Assembly: GCA_965113315.1 (NCBI GenBank) | Contig: OZ220368.1 | Length of the DNA: 64,000 nucleotides | DNA from: Podarcis vaucheri | Taxonomy: Eukaryota | Strand: one strand, 5' to 3' | Shown here: in pieces, positions 1 to 50,479 of the stretch | Layout: the number at the start of each line of letters is the position of its first letter | How positions within the stretch are numbered: position 1 is the first letter of the stretch | Position numbers and translations under genes: made by a program | Notes under the pieces: model-generated | The model's database searches: none | What the model was told of the DNA's origin: nothing | Seen by the model: only the letters and a program-made list of their open reading frames with translations

Positions 1-168
1 ACAGTTTGACAGCTGCCTTCTCTGTTAGTGTCTTAACTGCATGTTCTATGCAAATAGGACATTGGGACTTGTGTCTGTTTTTTCTTGGCAAAAATCTAGA
101 TGTTTTTAAGTAGGCTGAGATGGAATTAAGACTATAATCCTATAACCCTTACCTAGGAGTAAGTCCCA

Positions 169-508
169 GGGATGCAGGTGGCGCTGTGGGTTAAACCACA
201 GAACCTGGGATTTGCTGATCAGAAGGTCGGCAGTTCGAATCCCCATGACAGGGTGAGCTCCCATTGCTCGGTCCCTGCTCCTGCCAACCTAGCAGTTCGA
301 AAGCACGTCAAAGTGCAAGTAGATAAATAGGTACCACTCTGGTGGGAAGGTAAACGGCATTTCCATGCACTGCTCTGGTTTACCAGAAGCGGCTTAGTCA
401 TGTCGGCCACATGACCCAGAAGCTGTACACTGGCTCCCTCGGCCAATAAAGCGAGATGAGCGCCGCATCCCCAGAGTCGGCCACGACTGGACCTAATACC
501 TTTACCTT
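169..508 (+). mobile_element. Sauria SINE (tRNA-derived, Bov-B-mobilised), full length
   Basis: Pol III A box (GTGGCGCTGTGGG) and B box (GTTCGAATCC), (ACCTTT)n tail, 15-bp TSD TAGGAGTAAGTCCCA (154-168 / 509-523); four more copies in the window. Confidence 0.9.
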
Positions 509-1383
509 TAGGAGTAAGTCCCACTGAATTTGATGAGACTTATTTCTTGAGTAGACATAGGAATGGTCTTTGGCATATCACTGTCTGAATTTAAGTGGCC
601 CATTTGTAAAATAGACATTATTTTGGTCTAATATTATGAGGATCAAGAAGTGTATTACAAAGCATTCTGTATGCTCAGTCCACCAATGGTGAAGTACTTA
701 ACACTTCGGCCCTATGGAGATCTACTAAGAAATAATTATTTTTAGGTTTAGGGACTGACAACAAGGCAAGCAGATGAGAGATTGCAGCCTTAACCATTCT
801 TACAGTACAACGTGAATTCTAACAATACCACATGAAATACTTTCACAGCTCCCAGCTTTCAAAGAATAAAATGAATCTGATATTCAGCCAAAAACAAAAG
901 CATCATCTGAAAAATAATTATATTATGATATAATATACAACATAATTCCTGTGTTCATTGCATTCATGCAACAATTCAGCTCATGTATAAATGTTAAGTA
1001 TAATACTTTGTTTTGTTCTTTTTGTGGTTGGTGGTCAGAAGGGAGACAATCTGTATTTCCATACTGTATAAGAGGTATCCAGATTATCAAAAGGAGAAAA
1101 ATGGAAAGGGAAAATGAATATGATAATGGCAGGAATGTATGTACCACAGCACAGCATGCTTCTGTTGTTTACTATAGCCTCCTCAATGTTCCTTGTACAT
1201 TTTTAATTGAAAGCCTCTGCTATACAGAGCTTATGTTCATTGTGATGCTATATAGGCTGGGATAAACCATACAGGAACATTATAAACAAACTTAACTGAC
1301 AGAGCCCTCTATTGACCTGATAGTAGAATTTTGTCTAAGAGGGGTGAAAATGAGACCTGACCTGAAAATGGATATGTAAGCCC

Positions 1384-1437
1384 AGGCAGATTTCACTGTG
1401 GGTAAGAGGCAGGCAGATTTCACTGTGGGTAAGAGGC
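1384..1437. repeat. Perfect 27-bp tandem duplication
   Basis: AGGCAGATTTCACTGTGGGTAAGAGGC x2. Confidence 0.95.
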
Positions 1438-3215
1438 AGAACAAAATAAGGCATAAAATCACCATAGTGAAGGTCTAACATTTAACATATTGGCAAAATA
1501 GGTATCGTAAGAGGCAAGAAAGTTGCTGGGGCACAATTTAGTAGAACATTCTAAGATACTAGTGACAAGAGGCTTAAACTCTGTTTAGTGCAGGAAGTGA
1601 GAAAGATGTGGATTATAAAAGTTTAAGGGTATAAGAGTGACTGAATACAAATTCTGCATTGGGGTGTGGGCAAAAGATAGGTCAGTGTCTACTGGTAGAT
1701 TTGTGCACATTTTGCAGTAGCTTGGCAAGTGTTTCCAAGCTCTAATTGTTTAAAAATAGCAGCAACAGAATGACTTTTGCCACCTAACTTAAGATGAAAT
1801 GAAGAAAGCTAATCAGGTCTGGACTTTGGTGCTAAAGTACTGTGGAGTCAGTTCCATTCTCTTACTGAAAACAATGTTGTGGGCTCAGAATGCTCAGAGC
1901 ATCATGTTCTTTAATTCTAGCTCTATGCTTATTGCACAACCTTCTGGTTGGTTCTAGTAAAAAAACAAAGTGGATCCAACAAGCCTGTCTGACTGTTCGA
2001 CCTGATCAACTGGTTTGTCTGACCTGAAACATACATGTATTTGCCAGGAAATTAATAAGAAAACATCTGAAGGGTTATTTGCATGGTTGTGATACAGCAG
2101 TCCATTTTTATTTTTATTTTTTTTACACTGATGAGGAGGTGACTAGATACGGGCAGGTGCCTTTTTGATAGGTATTTGTTTCAGGTTTATTGAATACATA
2201 CAAAAATTAATTTATAGTGACTTAGAATTAAGCCAAAAGTAGAAGTATTTTGTACAGCCTGGAAGCCATCAAGGTCTTGGCAGAAAGCTACTGGGAGGGA
2301 CAGAAAACTGACCACTGAATCATTTTAAATTAATATAAGTTTAAAGATACTCTAATTTCTAGCCTATTATATAAAGAAAGGGAGCATAACAACTTTATAT
2401 GTTAATAACCTCTGCTCATTACACTGAAGAATAGTATGCTGATTGTCCAGAATATGTAGCAGGGCAAGACTCATTTCCAGTAAATAATTATCACCAACAT
2501 TTAAGAAGTCAATCATAAAGTTTCCCACATCAGCTGCACTGTACACTTTATGCTGTAGGTTGATTTATTATTGATTTAATTTTGTACTGCTTAATATATA
2601 AATGATATACAAAAACTGAAGCAACAATATACAACTTAAACAAAATATTGCAAAAGCACACAGTTACATATTTCAACATATTTTTTCTAAATATTTGTTT
2701 TTACTTACTGGAACCTTTACAGGATATAAAATGTCTTTTAAAATGTACCAAAAATGCTAGCTAGTTCACAGTCACTGAATGGCATTTTCATATAACGTAT
2801 AGCTTTCAGTCATAGCCACTTTAAACTTTTTATTTTATTATGTTAAAGGATATAGCTACTAGGGATTACCACTGAAATTGTTATAGGTTTTTCAAATAAC
2901 AAATTGTGCAATTAACTCCTTACTTGGCTATGGGTGTTCCTTGAAAAGAATTTCTCTTTACAATTTGTTTCGACAGCATATGCTGTATTTAAAATTGCTT
3001 ACCCCAAACACTGCCACGTAATGTTATCCTGTACTATGGCTATGGCAGATCACTCCTGGCTAAGGAATTAGTTGTAGCTGAGATTGCAATTTTCTTATAT
3101 ACAATTCCGCAGATTCAGGGAAGGAAGATTTTAGGGAGTTTTGCTTAAGTTTGTTGTTGTAGTAACTTTTCCCTTCTTTGCAGTGAAATACTTTTCTGTG
3201 TATTCATTCTTCTTA

Positions 3216-3430
3216 CACTGGTACCTCTGGTTAAGTACTTAATTCGTTCCGGAGGTCCATTCTTAACCTGAAACTGTTCTTAACCTGAAGCACCGCTTTA
3301 GCTAATGGGGCCTCCCACTGCCACTGCACGATTTCTGTTCTCATCCTGAAGCAAAGTTCTTAACTTGAGGTACTATTTCTGGGTTAGTGGAGTCTGTAAC
3401 CTGAAGCGTATGTAACCCGAGGTACCACTG
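3216..3430. mobile_element. Non-autonomous Tc1/mariner(pogo)-type MITE
   Basis: TIRs CA(G)TGGTACC...GGTACCACTG flanked by TA; near-identical to 16776-17001. Confidence 0.85.
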
Positions 3431-5698
3431 TACACTGTAGAAGCTCCACAGTTTCCCAGTAGCAACTGGAATTGAATCAGGGGCAGGAAGGGATAAAAAT
3501 GCTTGTTCCGAAGTAAATCCTGATTTAGAACTATTGGACCTGGGGCCACAAAAAAAGTTTGTGTCTTATTTTTAAAATTTGTCAGTTGCCTCACAGATCT
3601 TTATTTCATAAGGAACAGAAGGTTTTGCTCTCATTTAGAAGCAGTCATTATGTAGAACCTCTAATTTTGCCAATTAACAGTTGCTACTGGATATAATAAT
3701 TATTTCTGCAAAGGCCTGTTTATTGTGGCCTGTAACCCAACCTAGTAAATTTACAAGTGTTTGACAATGTATAATTAGCTTCCTGTTCCTTCCCCTGTAA
3801 CGGGGCTGGGGAATATCAGACCTGAGGGCCATTCAGCCCTTCAAGTCATATCCCTCACCAGTTCTGCTCTACACTCTGCCTGAGTCCTTTTGCTGGGCTG
3901 GATTGTGCCCTTGGGTGATGCTAATGCCCCTTGCCTCCCTCTATGGAGGATGAAGAGATGCAGGTCAGTGTGTAGAAACTGCTGAGTTTTGCATGTCTGG
4001 AATACCCTCCTGTACAGTCTCATCTGCTTCTCCACCTACTCTTGACTCTGCCCACCAGTAGCAGGTATTCCCCAGGAAGTTGTCAAGGAGGCCTCAGTCT
4101 GAAAAAAGATTCCCAACTGCTTCCTATAGATCTCCATAGTTTTTCTTCCTTTTCGTCTCCCATCCTTTCCTTGCAAATATCACATGGTATTTAATAAAAC
4201 GGCTGCATATAGAAGTGGGCTATAGCAATCTCTTCTTCATAGCCAAGTTGTATGTCTAAAAGGGGTTGTTTCTGATAACGCTTAATTTTGAGCGTCTAAT
4301 AATACCATGAGAAGTGGGCATTGAGCAGAATAGAAAACAGGTGGAAGAAAAATGTTTCTGAATTTTCTTTCTTCCCCTTCTTTTGTCGCAGGATTTCCTT
4401 CATTGGGGCTTTGATAAATTGGGGCATGTGTATGGGGTTTTGATCAGGAAAAAGGAGGGAAATAATTAAATCACGCCCAGCTGTTCCAAACAAATCGACC
4501 TCTCCACGAGTTAAAAGTTTGGAGAGCAGTCTGACCTGCTAAACTGGCCTGTCTGTTAGAGGAGGGAATTTGGATATAATTTATAACTTTTTTCTTGTGG
4601 GAGTAGAAGCTAGCAGGAGAAGACAAGGCGTTTGTAGTTTTTTGCCTGCATTAATATTAACTACCTTGCACAACTGGATGGAGTGTGAGCGTGTGTGAAT
4701 AAAACTGTTGAAGCCTGGAGGAAACCAACATTTAGTAAAGGGAATCTTGTGCAATGCTTTCCCCATTATGGCAGATACGTTTTTTCCCAAGCTGCTGATA
4801 TCTCAGGTTTCTTAGCTTCAGTTCTGACTTAAATGTTACTGTGTTATCTCTTGCAAAGTACTGTAGTTTGCTCAGAGATTTCATACTGGACTTTCAATGT
4901 AGTCTTCCCATGCCCCTCATCAAAATTATATTTTATTGATTTGTTAGGGGGGAAAAAAAGGTGCAAGCTTAACAAAAAGAAAGAAAACAAAGTCCATTTT
5001 TGTAAAGCATCGCAACCTGGAAGGACAAAAGTACAAAGATACAGCACAACTCCAAAGGGATAATAAAGTACTAATGCATACGATTCCCTTTGCAGAACAA
5101 TAAAGATATGTAAAAATAGAAGTATTCTCCACCCGTGTCTTTTGTGATTATTGAGTATAAAGGGTCTATAAAGTCTTGAGTGAGCCAAACATTTAAATAT
5201 ACTGGTCAGCAATCATGTGCCTTCTCTGTACCTACAATTAATCACCCAGAGTTCAGTTCTGGAGGATGACAATTAGCACTACTATATCATTTTTGAGGTG
5301 AACAGCAGCAGAAAAATTCAGTAAAAGTTGATGTAGCCAGCAGTACTACATGTTTAAGAAAACTTTTGCAAATAAAGTTTTGAAATTCTGAACAATTAAA
5401 TAGTTTTTGGGTTGTGTTATCTGCATGTCTGGAACAGTATTTAAATTACAACATAAATTGGAAAGGAAAATTATTTTGGGTAAACATGGGCACTGAATCA
5501 CAACAGTAGGGGAATATTTGCTAAGCTTTCGTTTAAGTGACACAAATGGTTTATAAAAAATAAAATGTATTTGGAGCAGATACTGTTCTAACCAATATTT
5601 TGTTTCAAGAGGAAAATACAAAACATTTAGTTTTTTAACTAACTGCAGTAACTGTCATTAGTTTTGCCATAAGGAATATAAGGGCAGTGTGGCAGGAT

Positions 5699-6035
5699 TG
5701 TTGTTGTTTAGTCGTTTAGTCGTGTCCGACTCTTCGTGACCCCATGGACCAGAGCACGCCAGGCACTTCTGTCCTCCACTGCCTCCCGCAGTTTGATCAA
5801 ACTCATGCTAGTAGCTTCAAGGACACCATCCAACCATCTCATTCTCTGTCGTCCCCTTCTCCTTGTGCCCTCCATCTTTCCCAACATCAGGGTCTTTTCC
5901 AGGGAGTCTTCTCTTCTCATGAGGTGGCCAAAGTATTGGAGCCTCAGCTTCACGATCTGTCCTTCCAGTGAGCGCTCAGGGCTGATTTCCGTCAGAATGG
6001 AGAGGTTTGATCTTCTTGCAGTCCATGGGACTGCA
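5699..6035 (-). mobile_element. RTE/Bov-B LINE, 5'-truncated 3' end
   Basis: Open C-terminal peptide PWTARRSNLSIL..YFGHLMRREDSLEKTLMLGK..RWLDG..WRALVHGVTKSRTRL typical of Bov-B; (CAA)n tail; 39-bp TSD. Confidence 0.92.
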
Positions 6036-6471
6036 AGTTTTGCCATAAGGAATATAAGGGCAGTGTGGCAGGATAAGTGCTAGTAAACTTGGCTCTTTCC
6101 ACATATTTTGGACTACAACTCCCATCATGCCTGAGCATTGGGCCATGCTGACTGGGGCTGATGGCTGTTATAGTCTGCAACATCTGGAGACCACCACATT
6201 GGCTATCCGCATTAGCAAAGATAATGAGAGAAGTAAATTCAGACATCCATTTAGTATAAATAGTACTTTGTTATTGGTTCTCAAAAGTGCATCTGGCAAA
6301 ATTTGTCCATAATACATGACATAAAAATGTGTTTTGAGATAGAATGGTAATACATATATCATTGCTGGTATCATCCACTTTTTTACCAAGTTATTGGCTT
6401 TTGTCTTACATTGGCATCTGTGTATGGTATAAGTCTGCAACATAAACCATTTGTTCTGTTTTTCTCCCCAG

Positions 6472-43796
<37,325 letters not shown>

Positions 43797-45911
43797 CTCC
43801 ATCACTGCTCTTTCCCAAAGCTTGAGTTGTGCTAAGTTCAAAGAATGGATGCAGAGAGAGGGAGATTGTACTCAAAGAAGATGAAACAACCACTGGAACA
43901 GATCAAAATAATAGCATTTCTAAAGGAAAACTGTCTCCTTTAAAAAAAAAAAATCTGGCTTCCCTATAAGAATAGCTGTTGAGCATTTTGCAATTTAATG
44001 CAGTAAATGTCAAGTCATTCTTATCACAAAGCTTGTGTCTTCAAATCTGTTGTTTGCAATGGTTCCTTCTTAATGCCTTTCAGCTAATTGCCCATAATCT
44101 GTTGGAAATGATGAATGAATGGAAAATGAGATAATACCGAATATATTCATATAGGCCTGTATTGTTAGCAAATGTATTAATAAATATTTAAGAGAGGGCT
44201 TAAATTCATCCGAAAATCATGCTGGGACATCTGGTCTCCCACGCCCCCATTTGGGTGGATTCAACCTCTGTGTGAATACGGGGTGCTTTTTTGTTTTAAT
44301 GATTTGGTGCTGTCTATTCTGCAACGTCATAGCAAGATGGCAGTTGGGCGGTAGTATAACCAACAACCTAGCAAGAATCCAAAGAGATATTGATCTTCAT
44401 CACCCTCCCTGCCAACTTACATGTTGCAGAACGTGTGTGGTAAATCATTCCCAGAACTGCGGCATATCGTGTTGGCCTGGACCTTCATTTTTTTTCATCA
44501 TAAGTAAATACCCTTGATACTAGATCTGTATCAAGAAGATAATTTGCAGTATACAGTATTGCAAAGGAAATACTACCCCCCCACCAAATGTAGGAGAAAA
44601 CCATTACACATGAGCCTCTTAATCCCATTACTAAATCTCCCATGCCTTGAATGCACCACGAAGCTTGATATCTTTGAAAATTCTTCTGATTCTTGACTCG
44701 TATGGAGGAAATGGCAAAATGAAACTTTCGAATTAATATTTGAATTGCACATTGAATGAATTAAAATGTATAGCAGTTGGTCAAGCCCTTCCTCTTTTGA
44801 ATAATATATAGATTAACATTTTGGTAGAAGCAGTCTATCTTTAATGTGCATTAAGATATTTCTATTTTTATTGCAGAATTGTGAGTTGCGGTTGTTTTTA
44901 ATGGCTTGGTTAGTACTTTATTGTCAATAGTTGTATGAGGGCGAAGAGTCTGGTTCCTATTGGGACCACTTGATTTATTAATATAAGTGCACATGTACTT
45001 GTGACGAAATCCTGTTTGTTAGGGGCAATAGGAAGCAAATTTGCAGTTTTATCAGTGCAGTTCTATTGGCTCTACTGACTTTGGGTCGGGGGGTAGAGTT
45101 GTTTTGTTTATTTGTAAGACCATGTCTTAGTATTCTTGGCCTAGTAGAGGAAATAGTTTTGTAAGGTATAGCAGGCTAGAACCTGTTTAGTTGTATTTCA
45201 ACTCTCCGATATGAGTGTAAGATTTGCATAAGAGGGCAGGAAGGGAATTGTTTCCGTCCAAATGTGTATATATATTAAAAAATGCAAGCGCAAGAGTATT
45301 ATTAAGCATATTTTGTACTTACCCATATCTGCAAATAAGAATGGTAAAAGTATTAACTTAATTGGGGGTGGGGAAATGGTAGTTGGTTGGCTGCAATCCT
45401 AAGCAAGCATTCCTGAAGTTCCATTGAAAATGATAACGCCCGAGTTGAAATGTGATTGGGGTTCAGTGTGTTTGGAACTTTTTGCTTTGTAAATTGAGTT
45501 TGGCTGTTTAGCTCAACCAAAGTTGTTGCGGTTTTTGGAGAGCCAGAATTGATGGCTGGATTTGTTTTATTAAATACTGGTGCTCTCTTTCTCTATCTCA
45601 AGTTAATTTTGTTTTATATTTGTGTTTGGTCATTAATATAAGTAAGAACAGTTTCTGACGTTTAATTTCTCTACCAAAGAATTTTTTGGCATAAGAGCTG
45701 CAGCATTTGTCTCATATGAAGTACGTTGACAGAAATGTGAGTAATTTATTTTAAAAGATTGTGGTGGCATTTTGCCACAGTGAAAAAAACAATAGTCTGA
45801 CTTTCTTCAAAACTGAAAGAAATTTCAACTTTTAAGTTTGCATCATAGATATGTATTTCACTGTGTACCAAGTCATTTATTGTTTATATATAAATATATA
45901 AATTTACATCC

Positions 45912-45944
45912 ACATATTCTTTAATTGGACATATTCTTTAATTG
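45912..45944. repeat. 17-bp period tandem duplication
   Basis: ACATATTCTTTAATTG x2. Confidence 0.85.
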
Positions 45945-46368
45945 AGCTGTTTATTTTTTCCACTGCTATGGTTCTGCTATTAATACATTGTATGAATGCA
46001 GCTTGGCCTCCACCCCGTTTTGTCAAGTGTTACCTGTTCAAAGTTGTAGCTGTTTGTCTTTTATTAAGAGAGCATGGCAACATTACAGCTGCTTCAGAAT
46101 CTGAAAGAGAAGTGCAATACCCTTGGGACTGTAATAGTATCTTCCAGAACTTTGCAATGTAAAATAATATGAAGAAGCTTTATATGTGAGATCTTAGCTT
46201 ATAGATAATATTCTGATCAGACAACTTAGAACCTTTTAAAGCCTTAGTGTTAAATGACTTCATTTCCTTCAGTAAGCTGTTAGCAGTCAACAGTTACATT
46301 TTTAAATTGCTGAACTTTAATTTAATGACACTTGGAGGGGCGGAGGTGGGGATCTAGATTACCATATG

Positions 46369-46369
<1 letters not shown>

Positions 46370-46453
<84 letters not shown>
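46370..46453. repeat. Compound microsatellite (TG)n(GA)n in the ARFGEF2 3' UTR region
   Basis: Directly visible. Confidence 0.97.
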
Positions 46454-46456
<3 letters not shown>

Positions 46457-48096
46457 TCCATAATAGCCTTACTCCAGATGTTCCTGAAAGTGTGTGTGTA
46501 CTAGATCTGTGGAGATTGATATTGTACATGTAATGTCTGGAAGTGTTCTTGCAGTGGCTATGGGCTTCAGTGTACCTTTCCATTTTGTCAGCACCAAACT
46601 CCACAGACAATCGTAACAGCGATAGAAATTCTCTCCGGCTGCTTTCACAGCAATTCATTTGAGTGCAGATCATGGAGCAGATTCTGCAGACTAAACACAG
46701 TACCTCCTATAGACTTCCTTCGATCCACATGAAATTTGATTCAGCTGGTACAGAATTCTGTGTCTTGGATCCAATGTAGGATTAGAAGTTTGTGTAAGGT
46801 CCTATGTACATATTTCTGCCCATCCGTTAACCATAACTTAGAGATCAGGAGTGACCCATGGACACATGCAAAACACAGGCCCCTTCCTCCCATTTCTGGT
46901 ATGAATTCCTACCCTCTGTCCTTATCAGCATTAACCATGGTTTAGCTTTACCTCTATACTGTCTGCACTCGTGGTTAACAGTCATCAGGTTTCCTCTTAA
47001 ACCAGAGGTTGCAGACCTGCTTCTCAAACAGTTTTAAGATGTAAACTCTGGTTAGCATTAACCCTGGTTACTGCTGATGCAGACACATTGTTAAACTATG
47101 AATTGGGAAATGGGGCAGCAGGAATAGGAACTGGAGAAGGGAGATAAGAACACACAAAGCCTGCTCATATTCTCTTTAAACTGTGGCTGTCCAGCATTGT
47201 ATCTACAGTAGCCCACAGAGCACTCTTACAATTGGAGACATTTAAACTGATGAAAGTAAGTTATGCCACAGTAAAATGTGTAGAATACAGTCTGACAATC
47301 TACATGTAGTCAATATTTGGAAGACGCACTCTACAGTAAACAGGTGAGGAAAAACGGTTAACATAGACAGATGTCCTGAAGGGTTCGAGGGTTGTCTTAT
47401 GGAGCTTTATTATTTAATTTTTGCACCCATTTCTGAAAGTTAAGTTTATTTATTTAAATTCTAAACCAGAGATAGAACAAAAGTCCAGTACAGCTCCTGT
47501 ATGTTAAAGGTCTGTAGTATAAATTCAAACCGAGGCTCAAATGTCTTAAGCCTGCATATTTGCACACAAGCTAGTTTTTTTTTTTAGCAAATTTGATGGA
47601 ATAAAGTTTGCTTAAATCTTTGTGTGTTGCATTTTATAAGGATAGTTTGCTTACCACTAGCACAATTGTGTTTGAAGATAACGTAAGCCAGTGTAAAATG
47701 GCCAGTGAAATTTGCCCCCAAATTTTATTTTAACATTTAATCAGATGATATGATCCTTGGCTTGAAACAATTTGTGAGAAGTGCAGTTCCTAAATGTCTT
47801 GACATTTTGTCCAGAATATCTCTTTGCAACTTTAAATAAAATATACTTTGTGCAAAATGTTTTACCTATATAAATGCCTAAAATTAGTTACAAGCTACTT
47901 TTTTTCTTAAGAGATCTTCTATTATGAAGTGCATTTAATATCATTAAGTTAATGAAAAGCATTCCTTGCCCGATGGATGTATACATTTTTGAGAGAATAG
48001 CAGAATAATTATATAATTATGAAAAGCTATGTAAAGTTTTTTACATAAAAATATTATGTATAATACTGTTGTATTCCATGCTTTAATCAGGTGGTA

Positions 48097-48102
48097 AATA
48101 AA
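48097..48102 (+). terminator. Candidate distal polyadenylation signal AATAAA
   Basis: AATAAA with upstream TGTA motifs (48057, 48070) and a downstream T-rich tract (ctttctttttc). Confidence 0.55.
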
Positions 48103-49716
48103 AGTTTAAAAACGAACTTTCTTTTTCAAATTTAATGATTTCAAGCTTACATCAACTATTTGTATCCAGTCAGATGGGGTGATACTATAGAGGAAAACAC
48201 AGGTATAACATGCCTGATACCGTCTGGTCCACTTCCCCTTGTAAAATTTTGAGTGAATGAGACCCACTCATTCCACAATAAACACCTTGTCTGGAACCAG
48301 CCAAAGTGTGTTCCAATACCGGCAGATCGATGGAACAGCTTGCTATGCGTCACCCAATCCAGTCAAGAATGATACGTTCATAGCAATGATTTCTATTCAA
48401 GGATCTTCCCTAAGTGTGGTGTCAGTAGTTGCAACACAAGGATCTACTTATCCAGCACCTTGCAGTGTGTCAGACTCCCCTAATGTCCCCATTGGTGGCT
48501 GGGGCTGGTGGGAGTTGGAGGTCAACAACATCTGGAAGACCCCACATTGGTTACACCTGCTGTAAAGGGATACCCCTGGTATAAACATGTACAATTACGT
48601 TTACATAATTTTATTGTAAACTGTTTTTGCCCATGGACAAAAGTGCACCAGTTCTACCATCTTTTTCCTTTTCAAGAGAAAAAGTAGTTGTGATTTTCAG
48701 AACCATTCAGTCCCCTGCTGCTGCTCTTCCAAGGAAGATTGCAACCTCTGCTGCTGTAGTATATATATATATATCTCAAATGAATGAATAAATAAATATA
48801 AACCAGGGCCAATAGTTGCATGCAACTACATGTCATGTTCATCTGCCCTTTTTGTATGTATAAAATTTGTAGCAACGTGCAGCAGGTAGCCGGAAGTTAA
48901 ATATTTCAGTCCTGTTTTCAGAGTGTCTGCTGACTACAGCACTGCAAAGTGAGCATGTGACGCCTGCAGCATTGTTGAAGTTAAGCTGCTGTTTGTGCAC
49001 ATGAGCAGTATCTGGTCAGAACCCTGGTTGCCCCATCCATATAAAGCACTCAGAGCTTTCCAAGAGAATGGAATATAAGCATAGTGAATATTTTGCTTTG
49101 CTAGTACCCAGTAGCCACCCAGGGGCAGCATATGGTGTACAATTGTCCTAGTTCTGAAAGCTTTATTGCAGCTTTCTGAAAGCTTCATTGTAAAGAAAAG
49201 CCCATCCTGGTCTGGTGTTTTCCTGCAGGTGTATACTGCTAATAATGATAATAATGCCTTAGTGGTGGATTTATTCTGCTTTATTAGTTACTCTGTGATG
49301 CTTCCCCAATACTACCACATTACTGCTGTCCAGAGGGGCTCCAGGGCAACTAACATGGGACCAAAAAAATAAAATAAAAAATGCAACACATTTACAGTAT
49401 GAAGTTACATTATTTCAGCAGGATATGTAGGGACTAGAAACGAAGCAGTAGGACTACCCCAAAACTTCTGCTGGCACAACAAGTATTGAAAGTGGGATTG
49501 CATATAACTGCCGCAATAGCATCATGAGCAGAAATCATGTGCATTGAATGGATTGAATGGAGGGGTCCCTATGGAAAGGGTGGAAGGTGCTATACCAGTT
49601 ACGCTCAGCAGCTGGCAGCAGTGATACACAGACACCAAAGGCTTTCTAGCACAGATGGAAACACAAGCTAGATGTCATGGTCAATCGTGTGCGCTCCCAC
49701 GACAGCCTCCCACTTA

Positions 49717-49885
49717 CCGTATTTTTCGCTCTATAACACGCACCCGACCGTAACACGCACATAGTTTTTAGAGGAGGAAAATCCGTAGGCATGCCACCCG
49801 TAGGCATTCCCTCCATAACACGCACAGACATTTCCCCTTACTTTTTAGGAGGAAAAAAGTGAGTGTTATGGTGCAAAAAATACGG
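49717..49885. mobile_element. Tc2/pogo-like MITE
   Basis: TA-CCGTATTTTT...AAAAATACGG-TA; internal TAACACGCAC repeats. Confidence 0.8.
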
Positions 49886-50479
49886 TATCTCCTTTCCTCA
49901 TCCACGTTCAAAAGCTCCTATTATGTGTGTGTCTGAAGCAGAGTTGCCAACTTTATTCTGGCAACGTACAGGTTGAGGGCATTTTTTTTTTAAAAAAAAA
50001 AAAGATCTGGTACTGAAGTGACTTCAGAGCAATCCATTACTGTACCATCTATTGCAGCCTAACAGGAATCTGGAATCTGTCACACCCATAACCCACCCCC
50101 ACCCATACATGAACGTGTAAATCTGTCTGTGCTAGGCTTAAACACATGACCTTTTTCACACATCCTTTCAAACACATGCAGTTGCGAGATGATCCCTAAC
50201 TTGGCAGAGAGAAGACCTGAAATATAGGACAAAACTGTATCAATACAGGACGTCGCTTTTTATACTGAAATGCGAGACAATCCTGTATTACACAGGACAG
50301 GTGGCAACCCTGGCCGAAGGTACACAAAAAATAATATTAGTTTATTTGTACTCCGACCACCTGACTGGGTTTTACATATAAAAACATTTAAAAGCTTCCC
50401 TATTCCTGTACAGAACAGGGGCAGAAGTTCAAAATGTGATGATGACGACATCACCATAAACCTTTACAAGGTGTCCCCG

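Larger units (their letters stand above)
43797..48125 (+). other. ARFGEF2: Probable long 3' UTR of ARFGEF2
   Basis: AU-rich and largely free of obvious young TEs; AATAAA at 44179, 47600, 47835 and 48097. The end point is inferred. Confidence 0.6.

Noticed and set aside
169-250. tRNA gene (A/B boxes); also ~53440-53505
   Set aside because: These are tRNA-derived SINE heads that continue into SINE bodies; no complete cloverleaf is evident.
219-524. Recurring ORF 'MTKPLLVNQSSA..RLPS.QSGTYLSTCTL' (also 13746-13937 and 28667-28894) resembling a small protein family
   Set aside because: It is the antisense translation of Sauria SINE copies, not a gene.
5708-6046. 112-aa ORF as a standalone gene
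   Set aside because: It is the C-terminal remnant of a 5'-truncated Bov-B ORF; its Met comes from the TSD/flank.
49939-50312. Possible hAT element bounded by CAGAGTTGCCA...TGGCAACCCTG
   Set aside because: The TIR-like ends are plausible, but there is no matching 8-bp TSD and the interior is unrecognisable, so it was not called.
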